Shown: one piece after another, positions 14,240 through 28,200 of the stretch | Layout: every line of letters begins with the position of its first letter | Position numbering within the stretch: position 1 is the first letter of the stretch | From: Klebsormidium nitens | Taxonomy: Eukaryota; Plantae; Klebsormidiophyceae | Direction: 5' to 3' | NCBI GenBank assembly: GCA_000708835.1 | Contig: DF236997.1 | Location: 62,001-126,000 of the forward strand | DNA length: 64,000 nucleotides | Notes under the pieces: model-generated | Database searches by the model: none | Seen by the model: the letters and a program-made list of their open reading frames with translations, nothing else | Told to the model about the DNA's origin: nothing | Made by a program: the position numbers and the translations under genes

Positions 14240-14564
14240 GCATCTCGCTCTTGGTCCGACTGGTTTATGAAGCACAGATTAGCGTGCAGGCTGCAAGCCA
14301 CATAGGTAAAGTGCCCTTTCTACATGCTCCTCTTGCGAAGCAGTGTTGGAGTTGCTTTTGCCTGACCGGCCCTCCATCTCTTCGGGACTGGAAATAGCTA
14401 GCAGCAGCATAGCTGCCTAAAGCGTGACTAGGAAGTGTTTGAACGTCTTCGTTCATCCTTTTCAGATTTCGAGTGACCCTGGCAGCGTCACCTAATTTCA
14501 AATGTTCTGAACAGCTGGCAATAAACTGTCCCCGCAAAGAGACCGGACAGGACGAGACTCTGCG

Positions 14565-16553
14565 TTAGATGAAGAAGCGCATCCTCGGATCCGCCCGCAT
14601 GGCCTGGTAAATAGCCACCACCTGCGGAGACGTCACAAGCTCACACATGTGCTGATTGGTTGAAATAAATCCGCAAGTTCCACTCAGTGCCAGGATACCA
14701 GTTTGGTTCGCTTTCAAGAGTGAACAATGACCCCGCCAAACAATGACAACAGGAGATCCCGTCCGTTGCCTATCCTTACCTGGTCTGATGAGGTGCACAT
14801 GATGGGACCAATCTTCACAGATATATACTTGCCCTTTTCAGAGTACCGTTGGACGACGCGTTCCTGCACATTGCGGACGAAGCAGTGAGGTTTGAAGACA
14901 TAAGCAGTCTTTTTAAACGTTCTGACCTGTTCTCTGGGGACCTGACCTGTTTTCTGGGGACAAACCAGGGCAGGAAGACTGACATCACAACAAGCACATC
15001 AACCCAGCTTATCCATGAGTTGCACGTTTGATAAGGTATGGCCAATTTGCGAGCGAAAGCTAGAAGTTTGAAATCTGCTCGAAGAGACACCGACCATCTT
15101 CACAGAGGGTTCAAACATGACACCCTTCCGAGCACATAGACAAGACCGACAGGCTCAAGCCTGTACCTCATCCCTTCAGCCTCTGAGTGCGCTCACCTCA
15201 GGCAAAGTCCCGATGATGGACTCAACAGCAGTCACCATGGACCTCGCAAAATCGTCATCCCCTGTACCTATTGAGGTGAAAAACCGTGGTGTTGGATATT
15301 CATGGACCTGCAGGCAGAGATTGACTCCGTAACTCAAGATAGAACACTTCAAAAAGGGCATCAAGATACAGGTGGCAGCTCCACCAGAGCTTGGGCGCCC
15401 AAAATCTCAAGACATCAAAGTTCTGAAGCATTGGGTTAGCCAGCATCAGTTTCTAAGTCTGATAGCCACTGTACGACTGGTAGGATCTGCTGGAGTGTCG
15501 TGGGGCCCGAAGGCTGGAGCAACTGCCCAGATATGAAGCAGAACTAGGCAGGAAAGTTGCCTCTCATGGAGCTCAAGCAGATGATCAGCTGATGCACATC
15601 AAGATTGCCTTTGACTCCATTCCAGCATGCTTTGAAGCTTCTGTCAAAGCCGAGTGGGCAGGACAAAATCAACAGGGAAGAGGAACTCAACACTGTGTTA
15701 AAACCAGTGTCCATGCCAAACACAGCAAGAAAATAACTCACAGAACCTTACTTTTGCATCCAGCCTTCGCCATTCCTCATCCGGAGCTGCGCCCCCCAGA
15801 ACAGGTATCGAATTTTCCCCCAATTTTCCCGTCGAGGACGCGTTGCCTGCAAGAAACCAATCATTGCTTTGAAGCCTTGTTTGAGAGGTCGCTAGGCCTG
15901 GGTCACGAAGCTGAGACCAATGGTTTCAAAGGAGTCCAGATCGCTATGAGAAAGGGCTTTGGCTTGGAGGAAGACCCATCCTACCAAGCACCAAAAAGGC
16001 AAGGGTCAAGATTGACCCAGAATCCCTACTTCAACTCTTTCCCCCTGGCTTTGACTTTTTAGGAGGTGAACTTCCCACAAAGCAAAAGTGTGGAGCGGCT
16101 TCTGGCCCCCAACTCCCTGCGGCATGATTATCTGATGACACTGGCCGTCAAGCCCCTGATTTGAGATACAGCGTACAGCTGAAAGCTCCTGCAAATGTTG
16201 CTTCATGAGAACGCATGAATGTCCTCTAACCTCAGAGACTTTTACAGGAAGCTTGTTTCCCACCAAAGTCTCCGGAAATAGGAAAGATATGTTGGGTTCG
16301 GAGGTCTACCCGTGTTCTCTTTTGAGGCAGCATTCTGCAATCTCTTCCAAGGAGGCTCCGGCTTATCGTCACTGCCGTGGACGGCTCGAACACCAGACCG
16401 CTGGACTCCGTGACCTTTCCGCCTGCAGCAGCTAGGCAGCCAACTCACACTACCTGACAGAGCACGGTTTTGCTGAGGTGTGTGTAGTGTGTGACCTAGG
16501 CAATGTTGCAAGTAAGCGCTGCTAGCGGCACGAATAGCAGATGTAGAAGCCAT
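14565..16553 (-). CDS. DUF493/YbeD-like (ACT-like fold) protein with transit peptide, similar to Arabidopsis At1g27385
   Basis: MASTSAIRAASS… transit-like exon; DEEWRRLDAK|VHEYPTPRFFTSIGTGDDDFARSMVTAVESIIG; KGKYISVKIGPI…DQ|VVAIYQAMRADPRMRFFI*. Confidence 0.85.
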
Positions 16554-16957
16554 GACTGAGAGTTCATAGAACGACTTTCCACGATGCACCACCAACTTTG
16601 GTGCAGGTTCTGCTCACGTCTGCTCACGACTCCAGCGTTGGCGCAGGTGGGCATGCACAGCTTGCAGCTACCTAGCATCAAGGCGATCCCTCCAGTTGTT
16701 CGGTAAAATTATATGGACCTTGAAGTCTTGGTTTTGAATGAGTTTGTACATTGTCATTAGATATTTCAGAAGTCGAAAGATCGTCGTTCCTGCCGTGGGT
16801 TTGCCTGACCGGTTTGTGCTTCGACGGCCGACGTTGCGGTGTCCGATTCTGTATGTGAGAAGGCCTTGTTACTGTAGATGTAGACTTTGCCTATAATACT
16901 CTGCCGATACACCTACCGTACTTCGACCGCCTCTTGCCATTGGCCCTAGACTCGAGT

Positions 16958-16978
16958 GTCAAGAGTCAAGAGTCAAGA
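16958..16978. repeat. (GTCAAGA)x3 tandem repeat in a bidirectional promoter
   Basis: Three perfect 7-bp copies between the divergent DUF493 and zinc-knuckle genes. Confidence 0.8.
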
Positions 16979-17261
16979 CAGCTAGGACCTAGGTCACAGG
17001 ACGTACCATGGACTTTCGCCCTGGGCAGAGTTGGGAGAGAAACAGTTGAAAGGGGCGCCAACGGTGACCTACCATTGGACCAACACAAGGCTAGAAGTGC
17101 ACAGAAGTTGCAGACAGTGAAAGAGAAGCACGGCACGCAACCTGGGTCTCGTAGAGGTTTGCAATTTACTGTTCGACTTGCCTCAACGATTGAGTTTCTG
17201 TGATCTGGAGGAGGTTGTACCCTGCTCGACAACAAAATCTGCACCGTTACCATTTTTCAAT

Positions 17262-18188
17262 ATGTCGTCAGCCAAGCAGAAAGAGCTGGAGTTGGCAGCA
17301 GCCAAGGCTGCTGAAATCTTGAAGGGGAAGAAGACGGACACTGCAAATATGAGGGGGTCGGCGTTGCAACCCCCACCGGGGTCCCGCTTGCAGGCAACCA
17401 ACGCCTATGGACAGAAAGATCCTGGTGCTGAAGTGAGCAGGTGGCAAGAGAGGAAGGAAGCCAAGGCCAACATGTATGCTATGAGCACAGAGCATGCTCC
17501 TGGGTTGGGAATCAGGAGAAAAGATACGAGGCCTGGTGCGGGGCAAGGCTCTCAGGTGTGCCAAAAGTGCCTGAAAGCAGGCCATTGGACATTTGAGTGT
17601 AAGAACGAGCGTGTTTATATAGCCCGCCCAACGAGAACACAGCAACTGAAGCATCCGAAGCTGCAGCAGAAGTTTTTGGACCCGGAAGAGTTGCCACCGG
17701 ATGCAAGGGAAGCAGAAGCGGAGCAACGTGCTGATGAGTCAAAGCAGGGGGCCAAGAGGGATAAAAAGAAGAGGGAAAGAGAGGAATCTACCACAACTTC
17801 CGAATCAGGAAGCAGCGAATCAGAGAGTGATGGATCAGATGTCAGCAGCTCAGAGAGCGAAAGGGACAGGCGCAGGCGCAGGAAAAGGAGAGGTTCTGGC
17901 GGGAAGAGGCGGAGACGGGATACTAGCAGTAGTGAAGATGAGGAGACTGATTCTGAGGAGGATCGTAGAAGGAGGCGGAAGGGGCGAGCAAAGCATGATA
18001 AGAAGAGAGCTGACAGCGACAGTGAAGATCCCGATGACAAGGATAGGAAGAAGAGGAGCGTTAGAAGGCGCAAAAAGGATATGAGTAGTAGTGACGAAAG
18101 CAGTGACCTAAGTGAGAGTGAGGGAACTGATAGTGAGGCAGACGACAGAAGAAGGAAACGGAGCAGTAAGCAGAAATCCAGGAAGTGA
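17262..18188 (+). CDS. CCHC zinc-knuckle protein (ZCCHC10-like/At5g49400-like) with Ser/Asp/Arg/Lys-rich tail; single exon
   Basis: NAYGQK…[49 protein letters not shown], then low-complexity RS/acidic tail. Confidence 0.9.
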   Translation: MSSAKQKELELAAAKAAEILKGKKTDTANMRGSALQPPPGSRLQATNAYGQKDPGAEVSRWQERKEAKANMYAMSTEHAPGLGIRRKDTRPGAGQGSQVCQKCLKAGHWTFECKNERVYIARPTRTQQLKHPKLQQKFLDPEELPPDAREAEAEQRADESKQGAKRDKKKREREESTTTSESGSSESESDGSDVSSSESERDRRRRRKRRGSGGKRRRRDTSSSEDEETDSEEDRRRRRKGRAKHDKKRADSDSEDPDDKDRKKRSVRRRKKDMSSSDESSDLSESEGTDSEADDRRRKRSSKQKSRK

Positions 18189-19911
18189 CATCGGGCGTGC
18201 TTTTGGTGAGTAGGCGCTGCTTGTCTGAATCATTATTGCGTTTTCAGCTATTTTTACTCTCTTGAGGATTGGTTTGGACGTCATGCAAGCAGTTGTTGGA
18301 AAAGAAAGTGACTCTTTTTGCACTACTTTCTGCAGGGCCCATGGCTTTGTAAACCTGTTTGATGTGTTCGCATGAGTACTGGGGCACTCTAAGCTACTCA
18401 TTCTAGATGTGCCCAATTTGACTATGCGTAGAATTTGGTGGCTCCTTGCTTTACGATGCCGGCAGATACTTGCGAGTACTTCTGTGCCAGCTTCGTCAGT
18501 AGGATCCGCACATTCTTTCGGTCTGTGGTTCTTGTTGCTTGATGGTGTATGTCCAATCATGGTACTTTAGTTGTCCTCTTACCCTCTCTGCCAAGGTTTT
18601 CGCATCCTCACACGACAGCGTCGCTTTTATGCAGCCCTCTATCAGATATTCATCTGGCTGAAATAGTGGGTGCTGTTCTCACTGATCCTTTTCTGGCAGA
18701 GTGGCTGGCGGAACTTTATCTGCAACTAAGTAGACCTGTTTTTGATACTTGGTGCGGCATTTTGGGGTTTTTGGCGGGTTCACTTGTCATCATCTTAATA
18801 GTGCTCAAGCCGCTGTCTCTCATTACTCGCTTCCAGTTATTGAGAATCTTCCAAGTTCACGACTCATTTGCCCCAGCACAGCTGAGGTTTCCACTAGAGA
18901 CTCAAGAGTCAGGATCATGCGCTGGGCATCGATGATGGATGTCATGGAATGCCTCCCCCATCGCTTGACGTTCTTGTAGTGTTGAAAAGTCGCCATAACA
19001 AAAAGATGCAAGCTTCTCACTCGGTTGTGAAATCAAACTCAGCTCACAATCTGATGTTGCACAGCCACCTTTCAGGTGTTGAAGGTCGTGAAGCCATCGG
19101 GAACAGAGATCTAATTGTAGATTCGTAGATCGAGTTTCGCAGGTGTTTCTAGTGCCTCTGAGCGGCACTTGGGCTCAACAAGTTCAGAGCCGGCAAGGTC
19201 AAACGCTTTTAGCGACCGCGTTCTGCTATGCTTGTGACTGGACTGGTTTGTGGTAAAAGGTAGATTGAGGAAGGCGTCAGCTGTTGCCCAGGCAGTGGTG
19301 GCTCCTGAGAACTGGCTAGTCACATGAATGTTAGGCTTGCCTGCTTTCACAATCTTTCTCATGTACCTATACTCGTCCAGAGGAGATCCGTCGTCGATGG
19401 GCATTCAATCAATTCAACGCCCGTGCGCGTTGGATCGGATCAATCAGAGGTTACCTTGCACTCACTGAGCTAGCTCAAGGATCTCTAGCGTAAGTAGAAC
19501 TGATCAGGAGCACGCCATGTAAGATGTGCATGCTGTATGTGTGTGCGGATATCTTGCCATGCCGCTCTTTTTTCTATCGATTCTCATATATTCGACTCGG
19601 TCCATACACCTTTCAAATAATTTCTATACATGGAAGGGAACTTATCGAAGTCTTCCACTGCATCAATGTTTTCGATGTTAGAGCTAGCAAGAGCTCTACC
19701 TCGTCCGACGATCTTCATACAAGGCTGGCTATATATGCTGCAAGGTGTGCGTATCATCAGGGTGTGTTTAATGCGTCGACTGGCCCCTTTTTGACAATAT
19801 GTCACGAGGCCCTGCAAAATATCCAATAATGATATGATGGCTTCATGCAGAGTCCAAAGTCCTGCAAGGTCAAGAACAGACTGAACGCATGCAACGCACG
19901 TGGACCTCATT

Positions 19912-22900
19912 TCACCCAATGGAGTAATTAAGCTTGTAAGTTCGAAGCCAGTCCGGCCCTCGCTCCTCATATTCTGCTTTTGTGAATGTTTGCCGTGGAT
20001 AATCTGCTGAGCATGAAAATTTGGCCGCGCCGTGCCATGCGTCGAGGGTGCAATCTGCAGCGCGCCAGATCTGAAGACAAAGTCGTACACAGGAATATTA
20101 GTAGGATATCTCCACAAACACGGTCTTGCAATCATCAGGCCAGGGCTAACAGAGAAAGGTGCAAGGAAGGAAAGAAACAGTACGCCTGAGCAGACCGTTG
20201 ACCAGTAGACAGAGTCGGCCCCACCTTCACCGGTGCTCCTAGCGGCCGGGCCCGCCTGTACTCTGCAGCTATTCGCACGTCTAACCCTGCAGGAAAGGAA
20301 GAGCTTTCCTTCTAACAAGACGAGTTAGCAATAGCAAACTTGGCAAGCAACGTCGTCCGCTAGCTTGTCTTCCCCTCGGCTACTTAAATCATTGAGCGAA
20401 AGCCTGACTCGGCCTGCGGAGAGTTGCAACGCCCATCATGGGCTTACGTGGACGGAACACGAGTAGCATGAAAGTTGGAAGTCGCTTGCTGGGCCAACTG
20501 CAGGCACTCCGGAGCCTGACCTGGGTACGCCGTGTTTCCCCCAGTCAGAAAAATGCCCCCGTTGGCCACTCGCTCCCGCACCACGTCCGGCAGCCGCCTC
20601 AGCACGACGGCCAACAGCTCGCCCAGCCCGGCCTGCAGAGGGGGGATGGCAAGATAGGAATATAAATGGGAGGGCAGTACGCAAATGCTGCCGAGCACGG
20701 CCATGTCCGGAGGTGCATAGGTCGAGGCCGAAGCTCCAGATAACGACGGGACAAGGGCAAAGCAAGCGTCGCATAGGGAAACCAGGTCAGGCAGAAGGAG
20801 GTTGGGGCAGCAGGGCACGGGAGGGGCGATCGAACCTGGCCCCCGATTCAAGTTGCAATTGTGCTCATGTGGATTCTTGAGCGCTTCCATCACCGATTTG
20901 CAGCCGTAGGACGGGGCAGGCACAGCTGAACCTCCGTTCAGGCGGTAAGGCATTATAGAGGGTGCAGTGTGTGACGCGGCCGCACCTGGTCGATGCCCAC
21001 CATGGCCGGCTGAAAGACTATTTCGGGCGCGCGCACCCGCTCCGTCCCCACCCGGATCTGGAAGTCCTCTGCTGTGGGTCGCCGAGGCAGCGGCGTGGAC
21101 GCGGCCCCGTTGCCGGACGGGCCTGCGCACAAGTTAACCAAAATTGGAGACCATTCAACCGGACAAAGGCGCTTTTGACCATGTCCGTACACCTTCCTGC
21201 CCTGGGCTTTAAGCGGCTTGGCGATACAGTCTGTCATTCGAAGCGAACAGGAGACCAGCGAGGTCAGGCACTCATCCACCCGGCAATCCGCCTCCGTCTG
21301 CCGCCGTGCACTGCTTCGAGATGGCAACACCACAGCCCATCCTCCAGCCCGGGCCTTCTTTTTGAAAGCAGACAAGGCGGCTGTTTGCTCACCCGGCTGG
21401 AAGGCGGGGTCGACCTGGTGCAGGCGCGCGGTGAGCTGCGCGAGCTCGGCCTCGTCGTCGTCGGCCTCGTCCGAGTCGGCGCCCTGCGACGGCGGCGCCA
21501 TCTTGCGGTACAGCAGCCAGTCCGCGTCGTCCGCGCCGAACGTGTCCTCGCCCTTGCCCTTATCAAACGCGGCCGTCTGCACGCCAGTCCGTGAGAGGGG
21601 CGATGTGCAACAACACCAGCTGTCGTCACTGAGCTGCCAGGCCTGTCATTGCTCTCCCCGCCAGAAACACTCGCATAACGACAGTCGACGAAACCTGCTG
21701 TGCCTAACGTGATAGCTTCCTGATCGTAGTTTCTAAGAGGCAGTTGTGGAGTGTCCGCTGTTTGAAAGAGCACCGGAATGGCAAGTTCCAGAGGACCGCG
21801 CTTACCGCCAGCAGCCGCATTCGCTCCCGCTGCGCCGCGCTCAGCCGCTCCCCGCGCCCGGTGGCCCCTTTTCCGGTGACTGGCCCTGCTCCGTCCTCCG
21901 GCTCCTCTGACGCCCGTGACGTCCGCCGTCGCTTCCGCGCCTCCACCCGCTCGGCCAGCGCCTGCCGCTTGGCGCGCAGAGCCTCCGTGTAGCCCTCGGG
22001 ATCCTCTCTGAAGAAACAGACGCGGAAAGTTTGGACAACAAGGCGGCAAACCAGATAGGGGTCCTAAGAAGCGCCGTTTACGTCAGGACTAGGACTTTTC
22101 ACCGAAGTCTCCACACCCGCAGACACGTTTCCAACTTCACACGGCTCAGGCCGTTACTTCAATGGTGTACCAGAGGCGGTCGCCCTGACCTGTACTTGGT
22201 GTCCTCCTCCTCTTTCTCCTGCTCCCGCTTCTGCTGCTCCTCCGCCTTCTTCTGCCGGGCGCGCGCCCGCCCCTCCGCCATGTTTTTCTGAAACCGCTGC
22301 CGCTTCTTCTCCGCCAACTCGTCCAGGCCCAGCTGCTCGTCCGGCACCTGCGATCACAGTACACCCCATGATGGAACTCATTCCGGTTGGCAAGGGACAG
22401 TAGCAGGCGAGTCGATCGAAAAGGTTGCCCTGGAGAGGTTCGTCCCCAACGCATGCTCGAAGAACAGCAACAGCAAAGGCTCTGGCAATTGCCAGCGAAG
22501 CGCTCGCTCTGTGGGCGAAGGTACAGGATACCGCACACGAGAAACGGACGGTCAATATGCTTGCCCACGGCCCGCGCACCTCGAGCAGCGGGAACACCAT
22601 GTCGGCGGGGTCGTCGTCGTCCTTGGTGGGCGTGACCTCCTCCCCGCGCAGGCGCCGCAGCGTGGCCTCGTGCTTGGCCAGGTACTCGCCCACCTCCACG
22701 CGGCTCTGGTACCCCGTCTGCTGCAGGAACGCGCGAGCGCGCGCCTCGGAGGCGCCCTCCGTCACTGCCAGCAGGTGCTCCAGGCCCGCCACGTCCGACT
22801 CCAGGCCTGTGATCTGAAGGGGACGGGGATTGACGTCAGAAAACACGAAGTGCTGATGTCGTATCAGGAGAGGCAAAGTGGCGACTGGTCTGTGGAGCAC

Positions 22901-24917
22901 GGGGAGAGGGTGACACATGACTCCATAGACTTGGAATCTACGGAATTATGCTGGTGGGTGACAACGACGACAAGACGCCGCACAGCATCCAAATCCTCTC
23001 AGAGTTTTGGAGAATAAGAACTTTTCTGTCAAGGACGAAAGACGAATATTGCGTGAACAGTCTGGATCCTATGGCACGCACCCTGGCGGCCTTCTTGGCT
23101 GCGGCCATCTCCTTGAGGCGCTCCCTGTTGCGCTCCTTGATCTCCGCCTTGCGCGCCTTCTCCTCCTCGCTCGGCTCCACCGGCAGGGGCGCCGCCACCC
23201 ACGGCAGCTGGTACGTCACACCCTGGCCCGCCACCCACGCACCGCCCTCCTGCCGCATAACAGAACACCGATATCATGTATCATGCCAAGAACAACGCTT
23301 TTGAGTGCTTTAGTTACTAGCTGACGAGACAAGCGATTTAGAACGATACAATCTAAGAAGCCATCATTTCATGCTTTAGGAACTCTTGCTGAAACAAGCA
23401 CAAGTCGGAGGGCCAACTCAGTTCGCTTGGATCAGGCTAGGACACGAGATCAAGGCCTTACTTGGTATTTCTTAAGCTCCTGAGCATAGTCCTCAGCTAC
23501 GTAGCAATGGCGCTCTTTCACCTCCTCCGCTCGGTCCCACGAAATTGCCGCCCTGCACACCGCACACAGCGTGCCTCACTTGCGAGACAGGATATCAACT
23601 TCAGCATCAAATACTGTGCCCCAATGATCATAAAACCTCAAAAATCGGCGTGATTAACAATTTTTGGCATCAGCTCGATATTTTCTTTCCTGGGGGATTT
23701 GGGGGCTCACCCATGCTGGGGGTACTTCAACGCCAAGAGGCTCTGCAGGTAGTTGGTTGTCTGCAGGCCGCCAAGGGGAAGCCGCACGCTGGCCTCTAGG
23801 ATGGGGTTGCCCCCCACCACTGGGATCACGTGGGATGCAGAGTGGCCAGAGCTTACAACCAGGCCTGAACCGATCACCACACGATGTGTTAGTGGCAGGC
23901 TGGGCAGGTCAAAACAGTTCCTAGCTGAGGCTAATACATCGAAGAGTTTTGCCGTGTATGCTGATCTCCGCGCCAACATGTTGAGCCCGGACTTGGGCAA
24001 TCAGTTTCGCTGGGCTTAAAGGGAAAGAAACTCCTTCAATCTACACAGTCTGGGCACACTCAGTGATGGTCGCAAGAGCACGGTAGCCGCACGTGTTGTT
24101 CAAAAGACTGCCCAGGTGCCCCTCACCATCGGGGCCGCAGCGCCCCGCTGCCTGGTTGAACGCATGACTGAAGATGGCGTCAGTGCCAAACGCCACCGAC
24201 GGCACCCCATAGGCCTCAAAGAGCAGCTCAGCCATCTTCTGGCGCACGTACAGCGGGTTCAGGAGGCACTCCGTCAGCAACACGGGGTGCGCCACACGAC
24301 CACCCTGCAATCAAGAGCGCCCACTTGGTGTGAAATCCAATGCGTGCTGGGGGGACAAGGCACAGTGATGCTTTGAACTTTCTCGTCAACTTTGTTCCAC
24401 CACAGAGGGCATTGTACGGGGTCGAGGCCCTTCCATAGATTGTTCAAACTTTGCCAGCAGCTGCAGGAGTGCCACCATGTCTTTTATAGTAAGGGGCAGT
24501 TGTCCCCCTCCAACTCACCATGATACTGAGGCGCTCGAAGGTGTAGTCCAGCACCGCCTCCTGCGTCTCAAACTGGTACACCACATTGCCATCGAAGGCG
24601 GACCTGACTGCTGTCGACCGGGACGAATCAAACACCTTGACAGCCTCCCCTGAATACTCGCCCACAATTGTGCCGCCATGCCCCGTCGCCCTCACTCGGG
24701 GCTTTGACACCAGGCTCCGCACGTCCACCAGGGGCTCTGCCTCCGTGCCCCAGCCCACGCGGCACCGGTATGACCCATTGTCAACCACTAGAGGAGGGGC
24801 ATCACCTTGGCGAGCCGTCCCCGCATAATCGAACTTGGGCGCACGATCCACAAAGTCCCGCAGCTTGAACTGGAGCATGCAGTCCTCCGCAGCGACCTCT
24901 GGCTCCATTGCTGACAT
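19912..24917 (-). CDS. ARP5: Actin-related protein 5 (INO80 complex subunit)
   Basis: PLVVDNGSYRCRVGW, VRSAFDGNVVYQFE, HPVLLTECLLNP…KMAELLFEAYGVPSVAFG, YQLPW, FGADDADWLLY, ERVRAPEIVFQP, IFLTGGN, LDAWHGAA…TKAEYEERGPDWLR; stop at 19912. Confidence 0.93.
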
Positions 24918-25276
24918 GGAATGCCTCACACCATCACGTCGGTGCTTCAAGGGGGCTGCAGGAGAGGGGCTACGTAGGCTTTCTCGCTGCGCCCTGCAGC
25001 GATTTGCTGTGGTTGGAGCCTCTCCTGCCACTGGAACGATCTCCAGGCTTCGCCAATGGCAATGCGCCAACTTGAGTGGGCGCCAGGTTGCAACCTTGTA
25101 GGTTGGAGGAGAGGGCGGGTTACTAGAAACCAGGCGGTTTCGTTCGGCAAATCCTTCCCGGTTAGGGGACGGAAAACTCGGAACCCTGAACCTTCACTAC
25201 ATCTAAGCAAGCTCGTGTGCAGCAAAGTTGCCGCATTCGCAGTTGTACGAGAGAGGGGAGCAGCTGGCAAGGCAGC

Positions 25277-28200
25277 ATGATCACACATTCCAGCCAGTCC
25301 CTCGTTCTCAAGCCGTCCACTCAGCTAGTGCTAGCAAGATCCGGGCAAGGAGCTGCCCCCGTGTTCAATGCCGTGATCCCGCCCACTGGAAGCGCACCGA
25401 CTCTCTTGAGGCGTTCGGGGACTCCTGATCTGACAGCGTCTGCATTTGCGGGAGTGCAGATCTCTTTGGCGAAGGTCAGTTTGTCAAAAGAATTGCCCTC
25501 TTGCCGATTTGAGCACCTACAACATTGCGATGCTGATGATTGCATGCACACGGATCTGAATCCATGTCTGCCATGGCGGGTAGCGCTGTGCTAGTGTGTT
25601 GATACTAGATGATGGTACTCTATTAGTGGTGCAAAGGGAGGTGGTGCTTAGATAAGTCTACAATTCTGAGTTGTTGAGCAATGCGTGACGTCTCTAAGAC
25701 TAAAGGTCGAGGACGTCAAAGTGTGCAGCTCAAAACATCTTCGGGACATACTGGTTGTAGCAGCTGCTTCGACAGTTGGCAACTTGCTGGCTCTCGTTTT
25801 CTGTGCAGCCGCCGCCAGGTGTCAGCCCCCGGCAGCAGAGCGGTGCGGTGCCGGTGCGGGCCAGTGCTCATGATGGTCTAGCGATCATGGACACGGACCC
25901 CAATTTGGCGCCCTTCCGGGAGCACCTGGAGTATCAATACCACAAGTACCTGGAGACCAAGAAAGCCATCACCGCCAATGAGGGGGGGCTTGACAACTTC
26001 TCTCAGGGTTTCAAGCGCTTTGGATTCAACCGGGAGGACGGCGCCATCGTATATCGAGAGTGGGCCCCAGCCGCCAGGTGAGGATAAAGGGACTATGATG
26101 CAATGGAGCGCGCTGTTAGTGAAGCCCAGGCAAATGAAGGCTGATGTGGGCTTCGGCATCTGAGCAACACTTGGAACGGCTTGTCACCAGGGAAGTACAA
26201 ACAAGAGGTCTGGCGGCCTTGCAGTGCGGCCCAGCTGATTGGGGACTTCAACAACTGGAATGGGTGGGGCCACCAGATGCAGAAGAATGAGTATGGGGTG
26301 TGGACGCTGCGCATCCCGGACGTGGACGGCAAGCCTGCCATCCCCCACAAGTCCAGGTGGGCACCACAAGTCAGCCCCTGGCTCTTCGTTCGCCCAGCTT
26401 TCTAAAAGGTAATTTTTTTGCAGAGTGACGCTGGTCTTCTTGTATGCCCTGCTAACATGTCACAGAGAGGGGACCTGTCCTTCTTGTACACCATGAGACC
26501 TGTGAGATGTTGGCCTCCGACGATTGTGACACGTCTTCGGCAGTGTAACATGGTGGGCTCAATATTGATGTGGCTCTTTACTGGCAGGGGATGTCAATAC
26601 TTCTTTGGGGGTGTTACAAGATGAGCTTAAGTCTGACATGGCTATTTTTCGGCAGGGTGAAGATCCGCATGCAGCGCAGCGGCGACATGTGGGTGGACCG
26701 CATCCCTGCGTGGATCAAGTGGGCCACCGTGGAGCCGGGCAAGATGGGGGCGACATACGACGGCGTCTACTGGGACCCCCCAGAAAAGTTAGTAGTTCCA
26801 ACATCAACATTCGAAACCTCGGCTGCTTTGAGCAGCGCGGTTGATACCTCTTGATCCAAACCCTCAGAAAGGACGTCTTGGAGTTGGAGCTGTCAAATTG
26901 CAGACAAAGGAGAGGTCTGCGGCCCCGAATCCTTGTCATAATCTTCATACAACCTCGTGTTTCTTAATTGCAAAATTAAAGGAAGTGGTGATTGGTCGAC
27001 AAGAAGCGTGTCTAACAGTCCCCTCTTCCCAGGTTCGAGTTCAAGCACCCGAAGCCTCCCCGGCCCGCGGCCCCCCGCATTTACGAGGCCCACGTGGGCA
27101 TGAGCTCCGTGGAGCCCAAGGTGGCCTCCTACCGCGAGTTTGCAGAGACAGTCCTCCCGCGGGTGGCCGCACTCGGCTACAACACCATCCAGGTCAGCCA
27201 AAGCAGGCCCCCCTTTGCTCTATTTTCCCGAAAAGTCCAGGCTTCCATTGTGGCAGAGAGATCATGTCGTCAAGATTGCTGAGTATCAGTCCCGCTGAGC
27301 GGCTTCAAAAAGTTGGGTAGCGGGCTGATTTGTTACGGGGGGTCGTGTGCAGCTGATGGCGGTGATGGAGCACTCGTACTACGGCAGCTTCGGGTACCAC
27401 GTGACCAACTTCTTCGCCGTCAGCAGCCGCTCCGGCACGCCCGACGACCTCAAGGTACGCACCATGCCGCACCCGTCCACGACTTCGCTTCTTTTTAGAT
27501 GAGCAGATAGCTTCGGGAACCAATCGACTGACCACTGGATATACTTGGATGTTGGCTGTTGCTTCTGCTGATGATCTTACCAGGCTTCGTTTCCTTTCGC
27601 AAAAATCGATAATGTCATCGAGCTAAGTGTCTTTAGCAGCTTCTCTTGGATACGGGGGAGGACAATGACTCTTGGAACTCTGCGCCTGATTACAATCGTT
27701 CTTATCTTTCAGGTTCCAGACGTTCATGCTCTACTCTTAACTGTTTTCAAATCATGTGCCTCTCGTGCAGGTTCTGATCGATCGCGCCCACTCTCTCGGG
27801 CTTCGCGTGTTGCTCGACGTTGTACATAGTCACGCCAGGTCAGCGACCTGCAGCCCTCACTTTGACATAAGTCCTCGTGCCTTTGTATGTTTTCTGCGGC
27901 ATGCCCTCAAATGTATGCAACCGTGCAGACCACTTGCTGACTCGACACTTCTCGTCCTCGCAGCAATAACGTCAACGACGGCCTGAACGGCTTCGATTTC
28001 AACCAGACAGCCGCGGACTCCTACTTCCACACGGGAGCCAGAGGGCAAGTCACTTGTACCGCACCTCTCAATGGTCCTTTCGATGGGGCGTTGCTGCGTC
28101 CGCCTCTCCGTCTTTGCCTCGTTTGCGCGCATGCTATGGCGTCGCGATCTTTCCGGTCCAATGGAAAGTCGAGTAGTCCAGATGAACTCGTGGTTGCTTG

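Noticed and set aside
17268-18084. Several 120-150-aa alternative-frame and antisense ORFs
   Set aside because: Shadows of the low-complexity zinc-knuckle CDS
18490-19404. Protein-like reading on the minus strand in one frame (ORFs 19111-19404, 18823-19020 and further pieces), possible TE relic
   Set aside because: About 11 stops in ~305 codons is close to random expectation, and no family motif is convincing
19584-20318. 244-aa minus-strand ORF
   Set aside because: Overlaps the last two ARP5 exons, their intron and the 3' UTR in other frames; best explained as a by-product
20444-23324. Many long overlapping ORFs on both strands
   Set aside because: GC-rich ARP5 exons suppress stops in other frames
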